Of a stretch of DNA of 38,868 nt, positions 9,924-18,488 are shown one piece after another; position 1 is the stretch's first letter; every line of letters begins with the position of its first letter. This DNA is from a virus (Duplodnaviria; Caudoviricetes): positions 1 to 38,868 of the IMG/VR virus record IMGVR_UViG_3300046823_000207. One strand, written 5' to 3'. The translations under genes were made by a program, and so were the position numbers. Under the pieces are notes generated by a model that saw nothing but the letters and a program-made list of their open reading frames with translations, was not told the origin of the DNA and ran no database searches.

Positions 9924-10546
9924 CGCCGCGCGTCACCATCGTCACCACGGTCTATGACCGGATGGACTGCCTCGCGCGGTGTCTGCGGGCGACCACGCAG
10001 AGCGCGTGCGCCGATCACGAGCAGCTCGTCGTTTCCGATGCGCCGGGCCAGGCGCTCGAGGACGCCATCGACGGCCTGATCGCCGCGCAGGCCGATCCGC
10101 GCGTGCGGCATCTGCGCCGGACCACCCGCGCGAACGACTGGGGCATGAGTCCGGCCGCGGATGGCTTGCGCGCCGCGGCCGGCGAGTTCGTCTGCTTTCT
10201 CTCCGACGACAACGCCTATCTGCCGGACCACTTCACGCCGCTGGTCGCCGCGCTCGACGCCGACCCCACCCTCGGGTTCGTCTACGCCTCCTGCCAGTAC
10301 GCCGCCTTTCGCGAGCTCCGCATGGCGCCGCCGGCCGGGTCGCAGATCGATCTCGGCCAGCCGCTCTTTCGCACGGCGGTCCTGCGCGCCGCCTTCCCGA
10401 TCGGGTTCCCGTTTCACGAATTCGCGTGGGACTGGCGGGTGATTCACCTGCTGCTGCTCACCGGCGTGCGCTGGCAGCACATCGATACGGCGTCGTTTAT
10501 CTTCCGACTCGCCGCCTACCCGGAGCACCTCGAGGCGCTCCGATGA
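9920..10546 (+). CDS. Family 2 (GT-A) glycosyltransferase
   Basis: VTIVTTVYDR, VVSD, GEFVCFLSDDN (DxD-like), WDW motifs. Confidence 0.88.
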   Translation: MTPRVTIVTTVYDRMDCLARCLRATTQSACADHEQLVVSDAPGQALEDAIDGLIAAQADPRVRHLRRTTRANDWGMSPAADGLRAAAGEFVCFLSDDNAYLPDHFTPLVAALDADPTLGFVYASCQYAAFRELRMAPPAGSQIDLGQPLFRTAVLRAAFPIGFPFHEFAWDWRVIHLLLLTGVRWQHIDTASFIFRLAAYPEHLEALR

Positions 10547-11283
10547 CGACGCTGCACGTCTGCGCGATCGTTCGCGACGAGGGCCTCTACCTCGCGGAGT
10601 GGCTCGCGCACTACCGCGCCCAGGGCGTGACGCAATTCTGGCTCTACGACAACGAGTCGACCGATGGCGGCCTCGAGGCGTACGACGCCGCTGACGTCGC
10701 CGACGTCCGCGTGCTGCCCTGGCCGGGCCGCGGCGTGCAGCTCGCCGCCTACGAGGACGCGCGCAGCCGCTGCCCGGCGGACTGGCTGGCGTTTCTCGAC
10801 GTCGACGAGTTCTGCTACCACCCAGACGGCCGGCGCGTGCTCGACGTCGTCGCGGCGCAACCGCCGGCCGTGGACGCGGTCTGGGCGCCGTGGCGGATGT
10901 TCGGCTACGGCGGCCATCTCACCCGCCCGCCCGGGCCCGTCGTGCAGGCCTTCCGCGACCGCGCCGCCGACGACCATCCGCATCACGCCTACGCGCACGG
11001 CGGCAAGTCGATCGCGCGGCCGGCCCGGGTGCGCGGCTTCCGCGATCCGCATCATCTTGCGCTCGCCGGCGGGGACGGCACCCGCGTCGACGACACCGGG
11101 CTGCTCGTGAATCACTACGTGACGAAGAGCCGCGCCGAGGCCCTCGTCAAGATCCAGCGGCCGCGCATCGACACCGGGTGGTATCGCGCCTGGGCGGAGG
11201 TCGACGGCGACGCGCAGACCTATGGGGCGGTCCGCGACGACCGTCTCGCGCAGCTCACCGCGGGAGTCCTCCATGCGTCCTGA
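10543..11283 (+). CDS. GT92-like (GT-A) glycosyltransferase
   Basis: VRDEGLYLAEWLAHY, LYDNESTD, FLDVDEF, KSIARP, NHYVTKS. Confidence 0.88.
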   Translation: MTTLHVCAIVRDEGLYLAEWLAHYRAQGVTQFWLYDNESTDGGLEAYDAADVADVRVLPWPGRGVQLAAYEDARSRCPADWLAFLDVDEFCYHPDGRRVLDVVAAQPPAVDAVWAPWRMFGYGGHLTRPPGPVVQAFRDRAADDHPHHAYAHGGKSIARPARVRGFRDPHHLALAGGDGTRVDDTGLLVNHYVTKSRAEALVKIQRPRIDTGWYRAWAEVDGDAQTYGAVRDDRLAQLTAGVLHAS

Positions 11284-11848
11284 GCTGCAGGACCTCCCGG
11301 CTGGCTGGTTTCATCACGGCGAGAAGATTCTCGCCCTGGTCGAGGCGCACCGGCCGCGAGTCTGCGTCGAGCTCGGGACGCACAAGGGGGCCTCGGCGAT
11401 CGGGCTGACGCGGCTCCTGCGGACATGGGGCGGGCACCTGGTCTGCGTCGACAGCTGGAACCCGGTCTTTTCCGGCGAGGTGGGCGTGCTCGCCGTGTGC
11501 GCCGCGAACCTCCAGGCCGCCGGCGTCGCGCCCTGGGTGCGCCTCATCGTGGCCACGACGGCCGAGGCCGCGGCGGCGTGGCGGGACGCCTGGATCGATT
11601 ACCTCTACATCGATGCCGACCATTCGCGCGAGGGCTGCGCCGCCGACCTGGCGGCGTGGTGGCCGCACGTGCGGGACGGCGGCCTGGTCGCCGGCGACGA
11701 CTACGACAACCCGGACAGCCCCGGCGTCGCCGAGGCCTGGGACGCCTTCGAGCGCGCGCACGGGCAGACCTTCGAGCGGTTCGCCACGCCGAACACGGCG
11801 CCGCTCGGGATGCGGCTGGTCTACGGCACGAAGCGGAGCGCGGCATGA
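11273..11848 (+). CDS. Class I SAM-dependent methyltransferase (Methyltransf_24-like)
   Basis: VELGTHKGAS, CVDSW, YIDADH, GGLVAGDDY. Confidence 0.88.
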   Translation: MRPELQDLPAGWFHHGEKILALVEAHRPRVCVELGTHKGASAIGLTRLLRTWGGHLVCVDSWNPVFSGEVGVLAVCAANLQAAGVAPWVRLIVATTAEAAAAWRDAWIDYLYIDADHSREGCAADLAAWWPHVRDGGLVAGDDYDNPDSPGVAEAWDAFERAHGQTFERFATPNTAPLGMRLVYGTKRSAA

Positions 11849-12585
11849 GGCAGACCGAGCTCCGCATCACCGACTCGCTCGTGAGCACCGTTGCGGCCGG
11901 CTCGCCGCCGGTCTCGGCGTTGACGCTCGACTACGCCAAGCAGCACATCCGCGCCCTCGGCAGCGTCGACGACGTGCTGACGACGGTCTACATCAACGCC
12001 GCGGCCTCCTACTTCGAAGAGCAGACCGGGCGGCAGCTGCTCACCGCGACGCGGGAAGCCTGGCTCGATGCGTTCCCGTTTGTCGGGGCGAGCGGGATGC
12101 GCGCCCGGATCGAACTGCCGCGGCCGCCGCTGCAGAAGGTGCTCGACGTGCGCTACGTCGACGCCACGACCGGCGCCTGGCACTCGAGCCTCGGCGGCTC
12201 ACCGGCCGCGCCGCTCTTCGCGTGGACGGCGCCGGTCGGCGACTACGCGCGGCGGGGGTTTGTCGAGCCGCTCTACGGGGCGAGCTGGCCGCGGGCGCAG
12301 GCCCAGACGGCGGCCGTGCGCATTTCGTATACCTGCGGCTACGGCGCATCGATGACGGCGATCCCGCCGCTGGTGCGCGGCGTGCTCTGCTACCTCGTCG
12401 CGCACTTCGACACGTTCCGCGCCGCCGTGCACGAGGCCCGCCGCGGCGCCGTGCTCGAGCTCCCCTACGGCGTGCAGATGATGATGGACGGCTTCAAGTA
12501 CTCGGCCTATCCGTCGCAGCTGCTGCGCGAGATGCACTGGCCCGAGGGCTTTGCCGACAGCCTGGCCGGAGGGGCCCGATGGTAG
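11845..12585 (+). CDS. Head-tail connector protein
   Basis: LTLDYAKQHIR..DD, EEQTGRQL, IELPRPPLQ, AVRISYTCGYG. Confidence 0.88.
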   Translation: MRQTELRITDSLVSTVAAGSPPVSALTLDYAKQHIRALGSVDDVLTTVYINAAASYFEEQTGRQLLTATREAWLDAFPFVGASGMRARIELPRPPLQKVLDVRYVDATTGAWHSSLGGSPAAPLFAWTAPVGDYARRGFVEPLYGASWPRAQAQTAAVRISYTCGYGASMTAIPPLVRGVLCYLVAHFDTFRAAVHEARRGAVLELPYGVQMMMDGFKYSAYPSQLLREMHWPEGFADSLAGGARW

Positions 12586-12944
12586 CGATCGAGATCGGCG
12601 CCCTGCGCCAGCTCGCGACGCTGTCAAACCCGGGGCCGCCGGTGATGGACGGCGATGGGAGCTATACGCAGACCTACGCGCCGCTCGATCCGCCGACCTG
12701 GCGCTGCGCGATCGAGAAGGCGAGCGTGCAGCAGTCCGAGAAGCACTTCGCGTCGACCGTGCTCTCGCACGCGACCTATATCTTCAGCGGCCGTTTTCAT
12801 CCGCAGATCTCGTCGCTGCTGCCCACCCGCATCCAGTGGACCGATCGCGCCGGCATCGTGCACACCGGGACCGTGCTCGACGTCAACGATACCGAAGGGG
12901 CCGGCGTCGAGACCGTCCTACTCGTCACCGAGGTCGCGCTATGA
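12579..12944 (+). CDS. Head closure / head-tail adaptor
   Basis: IGALRQ..TL, DGDG, RFHPQI motifs; GGAGG ribosome-binding site; position. Confidence 0.75.
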   Translation: MVAIEIGALRQLATLSNPGPPVMDGDGSYTQTYAPLDPPTWRCAIEKASVQQSEKHFASTVLSHATYIFSGRFHPQISSLLPTRIQWTDRAGIVHTGTVLDVNDTEGAGVETVLLVTEVAL

Positions 12945-13357
12945 GCGCCCGCGTGCGGTTTGAGGGGCTCGAGGAGCTGCGCGCCGCGCTGCGGGCCTTG
13001 CCGGCGACGCTGGTCGGCGAGGCGACGGGCCTAGTGCAGGCGGCGGCCGAGAGCGCGAAGACCGAGATCGTCGCGGCCTATCCGCGGCGCACCGGGAACT
13101 TGCGCGACCACGTCGAGGTCACGACGCCCATCGCGAGCGCCGCCGGGGTCGTCGTCGTCCTGCGCAACACGTCGAAAGAGGCGCGGTATTTCGAGAACGG
13201 GTCGCAAGTGCGGCATACCGCGATCGGCGCCAATCGTGGATCGATGCCGCCCGGGCACGTGTTCGAGCCGCGCTACCAGAAGTGGCGGCGCCATATGTGG
13301 GACACGCTCGCGGAGCTGCTGCGCCGCGAAGGCCTGATCGTGAGCGGGACACCATGA
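12941..13357 (+). CDS. HK97 gp10-like neck protein
   Basis: FEGLEEL start, PRRTGNLR, YFENG, MPP motifs. Confidence 0.82.
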   Translation: MSARVRFEGLEELRAALRALPATLVGEATGLVQAAAESAKTEIVAAYPRRTGNLRDHVEVTTPIASAAGVVVVLRNTSKEARYFENGSQVRHTAIGANRGSMPPGHVFEPRYQKWRRHMWDTLAELLRREGLIVSGTP

Positions 13358-14031
13358 GCCGCGCGCCCCGCGATTCGTCGGACATCGACAACGCGCTCGT
13401 CGCCTATCTCGCCTCCGACGCGGCGCTGCTGGCGCTCTGCCCGAACGGCATCTACATCGACGAGGCGCCACCCGGCGCGACGCAGTTCGTCATCGTCTCG
13501 GTCGTCGATGCGGTCGACGAGGCGGTGTTTGGCGGCCGGGCGATCGAAGACGTGCTCTATCTCGTCGAAGCGCGGATGCTCAGCACGACGCACGGCAACA
13601 TCAAGGGCGCCGGCGCGCGGATCGACGCCCTGCTCGACGAGCAAGTGCTGCCGCTCGGCTCGCCCTCGCGCGCGCCCGGCTACACGCCGATCGCCATGTT
13701 TCGCGAGACCCGGCTGCCGGGCCGCACGGAAGTCGACGAGGTCGACCCGTCGCTGCGCTGGTGGCGCCGCGGCGGCCAGTATCGGCTGCAGATGGCGATC
13801 GATCCGTTTACGGCGGTGGGGCCCGCCGTCTCACAAACCGAGTCAGGGATTCCCCATAGGGTCACGACGGACACCAGAAGAGGGTACGCAGATGATCAAG
13901 ACCGGACGGTACGGCACAGTGAAGTGGAACGCGGTGGCAGGCTCGCCCGTGACGATGAAGACCATCGCCAGCCTCAATACGTGGAAACTGAGCCTGAAGA
14001 CGACGAAGGAAGACGTGACGTGCTTCGGTGA
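13354..14031 (+). CDS. Tail terminator / completion protein (3' end uncertain)
   Basis: DAALLAL...IYIDEAP..ATQFVIV motifs and position; the frame runs 140 nt into the next gene. Confidence 0.7.
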   Translation: MSRAPRDSSDIDNALVAYLASDAALLALCPNGIYIDEAPPGATQFVIVSVVDAVDEAVFGGRAIEDVLYLVEARMLSTTHGNIKGAGARIDALLDEQVLPLGSPSRAPGYTPIAMFRETRLPGRTEVDEVDPSLRWWRRGGQYRLQMAIDPFTAVGPAVSQTESGIPHRVTTDTRRGYADDQDRTVRHSEVERGGRLARDDEDHRQPQYVETEPEDDEGRRDVLR

Positions 14032-14305
14032 CCCGAATCACATCTACGTGCCGGGCATCCCCGATATCAGCGGCTCGCTCGGCGGCTTCTTTAACGCCTC
14101 CGAGCTCTCGCTCATCCTCGCGGCCGCGAGCGGGATGACGCCGGGCCAGCTCGCCCTGGGCCACAACTCTTTCGAGCCGAGCATGGTGTTCTCGGGGCCG
14201 GCCTACATGGACGCCGACATCGACTGCACGCTCGCGGCGCCGAAGCTGGCCGGCACGTTCAACGCCGCCGGTCCGTGGACGATCCCGACCGTGGCGCTGC
14301 CCTAA
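13892..14305 (+). CDS. Major tail (tube) protein
   Basis: WKLSL...DVTCFGD...YVPGIPDISGSLGGFF; GAGGG ribosome-binding site. Confidence 0.85.
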   Translation: MIKTGRYGTVKWNAVAGSPVTMKTIASLNTWKLSLKTTKEDVTCFGDPNHIYVPGIPDISGSLGGFFNASELSLILAAASGMTPGQLALGHNSFEPSMVFSGPAYMDADIDCTLAAPKLAGTFNAAGPWTIPTVALP

Positions 14306-14317
14306 GCGGGGCGCGGC

Positions 14318-14596
14318 GTGATCCACTCGAACTCGGTGACGCTCCGCGGCGGGGCGGCGACCCTCGTGTGGGGCTACCACACCGTCGCGGACCTGCGGGC
14401 GTGGCGCATTGTCAAAGGCGCGCAGGGCTGGCACCTGTCGGCCACGTGGACGTCCGTCAATCCGTACCGCGCCCGGAAGACGCCGCTGTACTTCACGGCG
14501 CCGCACGACAAGGGCCACTGGTGTTTCCCGGTCATCGGGGAGCTCGTCATCAGCGGCCCGTCGCTGACCGCGCCACTCGGCCCACCCGAACAATAG
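14318..14596 (+). CDS. Hypothetical tail-region protein
   Basis: Fills the gap between tube and chaperone genes with genome-typical codon use. Confidence 0.65.
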   Translation: MIHSNSVTLRGGAATLVWGYHTVADLRAWRIVKGAQGWHLSATWTSVNPYRARKTPLYFTAPHDKGHWCFPVIGELVISGPSLTAPLGPPEQ

Positions 14597-14606
14597 AGGA
14601 CTCCGT

Positions 14607-15065
14607 ATGCCTTCCCGCTTCGTGCAGCCGACGACGACCACGCTGAAGATTTCCGGCGGCGACACCTTGACCGTCAAGCGCCGCCTGACGTGGGGCGAAC
14701 AGAACGATCTCATGGCGAAGATGGCGGCCCCGCGGACGCCTGGCGACGAGGGCGTCGTGCGCGCGAATCCATTTGAAGTGCGCATCGTCACCGTGCTCGG
14801 CTACCTCGTCGACTGGTCGATCACCGATGCCGACGGCGTGCACGTCACCCTCCGCGGCAAGGCCGAGGACGAGGTGCGGGCGATCCTGCGCGACCTCGAG
14901 CAGGACGTCATGGAAGAAATCTTCCTGGTCATCAGTGCACACATCGCGGCGCAGGACCAACTCCGGGAGGCGGAAAAAAACGGCCAGGGCACCGCGAGCG
15001 CATCGCCAGCGATCTCGCCATCGCCCGACGGTGCCACTGGCGCTATGAGTGGGTCGCCGAGTTAG
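14607..15065 (+). CDS. Tail assembly chaperone G
   Basis: LVDWSITD motif, EKN at a slippery site, GAGGA ribosome-binding site, position before tape measure. Confidence 0.85.
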   Translation: MPSRFVQPTTTTLKISGGDTLTVKRRLTWGEQNDLMAKMAAPRTPGDEGVVRANPFEVRIVTVLGYLVDWSITDADGVHVTLRGKAEDEVRAILRDLEQDVMEEIFLVISAHIAAQDQLREAEKNGQGTASASPAISPSPDGATGAMSGSPS

Positions 15066-15181
15066 ACCTTGATGTCTACACCATCCTGGTCGAGCAGCTG
15101 CGGGCGGAAGACGCCGCGCTGCGGCGGACGGACGAGGACGCGGCGGAGGATCGGGACGTAACGGATGCCGATTACCGGTAA
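14975..15181 (+). CDS. -1 frameshift extension of the chaperone (GT)
   Basis: A AAA AAC at 14975-14981; the -1 frame reads KRPGHRERIASDLAIARRCHWRYEWVAELDLDVYTILVEQL to TAA at 15179-15181. Confidence 0.8.
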   Translation, partial: KKRPGHRERIASDLAIARRCHWRYEWVAELDLDVYTILVEQLRAEDAALRRTDEDAAEDRDVTDADYR

Positions 15182-18100
15182 GTTTGAAGCGGACTTCACC
15201 TCGTTCACCGCCGCGGTGGCGGCGGCCGAGGTGTCGCTGAAAAACTTCGAAGCCGACGGCGCCAAGGTCGAAACACGCCTCACGAACGTCAGCAACGCCC
15301 TCTCCGGGGTCAAGGTCATCCAGCAAGCGACGCTCGCCGCCGATGCGGTGACGCGGCTCGGCGAGGCTGGCGGCACGACGGCCGGCATCCTGAAATTGAC
15401 GGATACCGAGCTCGCGAAAGTCGGCGCCACGGCGATCGAGGCGCAAGCGAAATTCCAGGCGCTCGGCCAGACGGCGCCGGCGGCCATTCAGGAAATCGCG
15501 AAAGCGGCGACCGACCTCGCCGAGAAACAGAAAGCCGGCGCCGGCCGCGCGGATGAATTCGGCGCCGCGATTGGCGGTATGGTCGCGCGGTTTTTCACCG
15601 CCGAGGCCGCGATCGAACTCTTCAAGCAAGCGCTCGATTTCACGAAAGAGGCGGTGGCAGATGCCGCGGCGCTCGAGGACCTGAGCCGGGCCACGGGGAT
15701 TACGACGGACGGGCTCCAACGGCTCGCCTATGTCGGCGTGGAATCCGGCGTCGATCTCGACACGATGGCGCGCGGCGTCGAGCAACTCTCGACCAAACTC
15801 GCGCACGGGGACAAAAACGCGACCGAGGCGGTGGAGGCGCTCGGGCTGTCGGTCAAGGATTTGATCGCGGCCGGGCCCGAGGAAGCGTTCATTCGAGTCG
15901 GCGAGGCGGCCGGGCGCCTCGAGGACCCGATGACGAAAGGCGCCACGTCCGCGGATCTCTTTGGGAACAAGCTCGGGAAATCGCTCATCCCGATGCTCGG
16001 GCAACTGCGCGACAAGATGAACGAGGTGCCGCAGGGCGCGATCATTAGCGAGGCGACGATCAAGTCCGCGAAAGACTTCGACGACAAGCTCGCGCATCTC
16101 ACGATCACGATAAAAGCGTTCGCCGCGGAAACCTTCGGCAACGCCTCGGCGGCGTTTAGTTTCTGGGGGCTGAACGATAGCGGGCCGATCCTCGATCGGA
16201 TCATCGGGCGCTTCACCGGCGCCAGCAAAAATATCAAGCTGCTGACCGATGACATCGTCGCCGGCATCGGTAAAGCCTCGGCGGCGACCACGGCGACGGG
16301 CGAGGCCGCGATCAGCAATGCCGATCGCCTGGCCCTGCATCTGAAATCGCTGACGCGCGACGCGCTCGCCCCGCTCACCGCCGAAGAAAAGAAGTATCTC
16401 GACGCGGCGATGGCGGCGAACGAGAGCACGGCCGACAGCGCCAAATGGCTCGGCGCCTCCGAGGCGGCGATTCGCAAGTACGAGGACGCGCAGAAAGCGG
16501 CCGCCGACGCGGTCAAGCGACACACCGAGGCGGTCGCGGCGCTTGAGGACAAGATCCGCAACACGAAGGCCGACCAGGCGGCGCGCGACCTGGCCGAGGC
16601 GGTGCAGAAACTCGGCGGCATCAGTCGCCTGAGCGCGGACGACCAGAAGCGGCTCGCCGATGAAGTCGGCAAGCTGTTCACCCAGGGCGCCAAACTCGAC
16701 CCGCTCCTCGTCGATCTCGCGGTGCGCTTCGGCGAGCTCGATCCCAAAGTCACCGAGGGCACGGCGGCCTTCGAACATCTCGGCGAAACGATCAAGACGA
16801 TCACGCTGCCGGCCGCCGTGCTCATCAACGCCGAGATCGACGCGCTCCAAAAGAAAATCACCGCCGGCTTTAGCGGCATGGGGGAGATCGGCGAGAAAGT
16901 CGGCGACGGCTTCAAGGAAGGCGCGAAAACGATCGAGGACGCGATCGCGCGCGATGTGCGCGCGCTCGGGCAACTCGCGCAGGCGTTCAATCAAACGGCC
17001 TCGATCGCGCAGTCGACCGGCCACGCCGCCGCGGCGTCGGCGCTCTCGAGTTTCGGCGGCATCGCGAACGGGCTGCATCAAGCGGCGCAGGCGAATAAAG
17101 ACTGGTCGGGCAGCGCGGGCATCGCCAGTGCGCTCTTTAGCAGTCACGCCTCGACCACCGAGAAAGCCGCGGCCGGGATCTCGTCCGGCCTGGCGATCGC
17201 CGGCGGCGCCATGAACGTGTGGGCCGCCACCGCGAACGCCGGCGGCAAAGCGGCCGGCGCGTTCAAGGGGGCGATGGCGGGCGCCGAGGCCGGCTCGGCG
17301 TTCGGGCCGTGGGGGATGGCGGTCGGCGCGGCCGCCGGCGCGCTGACCGGCTTCATTCGCAATCTGACCGCCGGCCGGAAAGCGGTCGAGGACTTCGCCA
17401 AGTCGCAGGGCGGCTTCGATGCGCTGCACGCCCAGCTCGACGCGCTGCCCACCGGCCAGGGCGAAACGCTCTGGAAGCAGCTCACGCAAGGGACCGCCAA
17501 GGGTGATCCGAAAGCCGCGCAGGCGGCGATCGATAAGATCACCGCGGCGCTCGCGGCCGCCGATAAAGCCACCGCGCAATTCAATACCGACGCCGGCGGC
17601 GTGCTCACGCAGATCCAAAGTTTCGGCGGCAACGTCGACGCCGCCATGCTGCCCTACCTTAACGATCTCGCGAAAGCCGGCAAGCTGTCGGCCGATAACG
17701 TCGCGCTGCTCGGCAAGATGAGCGGCGACGGCAAGCCGACCTATCAGCAGCTCGACGCGCTCGCCAAAAAATACAATCTGACCCTCGACCAGATGGGCGC
17801 CGGGTTCCAGGGCGCCAAGATCCACGACGAATTCCAGTCGCTCATCGACGACATGGACGAACTGCAACGGGGCGGCGTCGACCTGGGCGCCGTGCTCACG
17901 ACGACCGGCGCCGATGGGAAGCTGGCGCTCTCTGACCTCGGCACGCAGGTGCAGAACGTCATCGACCAATCGATGAAGTACGGGCAGGAGGTGCCGGAGA
18001 ACATGAAGCCGGCGGCGCAGGCGCTCATCGACCAGGGGCTGCTGCTCGACGCCAACGGCAACAAGATCACCGACATCAATCAAATCAAGTTCGGCGAGTC

Positions 18101-18488
18101 GATGCAGACCTCGCTCGAGACGCTGAACAAAACGCTCAAGGATCTGATCGATTCGCTGCATACGCTCAGCGGCACCACCGCGACCCCGACCATTGCGCCG
18201 CGCTACGTACCGCCGAGCAATGCGCCGGCCGACACGCCGGCGCCGGCCTACGGTGGCGCGCAGGCCGTCGGCGGCGATTACTACGTGACGAGACCGACCT
18301 ACTTCCTCGCCGGCGAGGCGGGGCCGGAGGCGGTTTCCTTCGGGGGGGCGAACGGCTCGCGCGGCGGCCGCACGGCGAGCACCGTCCCGATTCACGTCCA
18401 CGTGATGATGCCGGACGGCCGCACCCTCGCGGAAGTCGTGGTGCCGCACATCCCGGTCGTCGTGCAGGAATACGGCCTCACGCGATGA
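15165..18488 (+). CDS. Tape measure protein
   Basis: 1107 aa, Ala/Gly-rich and helical, C-terminal GG...AGEAGPE motif, follows chaperones. Confidence 0.93.
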   Translation: MPITGKFEADFTSFTAAVAAAEVSLKNFEADGAKVETRLTNVSNALSGVKVIQQATLAADAVTRLGEAGGTTAGILKLTDTELAKVGATAIEAQAKFQALGQTAPAAIQEIAKAATDLAEKQKAGAGRADEFGAAIGGMVARFFTAEAAIELFKQALDFTKEAVADAAALEDLSRATGITTDGLQRLAYVGVESGVDLDTMARGVEQLSTKLAHGDKNATEAVEALGLSVKDLIAAGPEEAFIRVGEAAGRLEDPMTKGATSADLFGNKLGKSLIPMLGQLRDKMNEVPQGAIISEATIKSAKDFDDKLAHLTITIKAFAAETFGNASAAFSFWGLNDSGPILDRIIGRFTGASKNIKLLTDDIVAGIGKASAATTATGEAAISNADRLALHLKSLTRDALAPLTAEEKKYLDAAMAANESTADSAKWLGASEAAIRKYEDAQKAAADAVKRHTEAVAALEDKIRNTKADQAARDLAEAVQKLGGISRLSADDQKRLADEVGKLFTQGAKLDPLLVDLAVRFGELDPKVTEGTAAFEHLGETIKTITLPAAVLINAEIDALQKKITAGFSGMGEIGEKVGDGFKEGAKTIEDAIARDVRALGQLAQAFNQTASIAQSTGHAAAASALSSFGGIANGLHQAAQANKDWSGSAGIASALFSSHASTTEKAAAGISSGLAIAGGAMNVWAATANAGGKAAGAFKGAMAGAEAGSAFGPWGMAVGAAAGALTGFIRNLTAGRKAVEDFAKSQGGFDALHAQLDALPTGQGETLWKQLTQGTAKGDPKAAQAAIDKITAALAAADKATAQFNTDAGGVLTQIQSFGGNVDAAMLPYLNDLAKAGKLSADNVALLGKMSGDGKPTYQQLDALAKKYNLTLDQMGAGFQGAKIHDEFQSLIDDMDELQRGGVDLGAVLTTTGADGKLALSDLGTQVQNVIDQSMKYGQEVPENMKPAAQALIDQGLLLDANGNKITDINQIKFGESMQTSLETLNKTLKDLIDSLHTLSGTTATPTIAPRYVPPSNAPADTPAPAYGGAQAVGGDYYVTRPTYFLAGEAGPEAVSFGGANGSRGGRTASTVPIHVHVMMPDGRTLAEVVVPHIPVVVQEYGLTR

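Noticed and set aside
8386-11848. Serotype-conversion (gtrABC-type) cassette
   Set aside because: No flippase or polytopic membrane transferase, and it is embedded in the late operon far from attP.
14550-18449. 1299-aa minus-strand ORF and other long antisense ORFs (4654-6450, 18392-20455)
   Set aside because: Shadow frames of high-GC genes; no motifs, and fully opposite well-supported genes.
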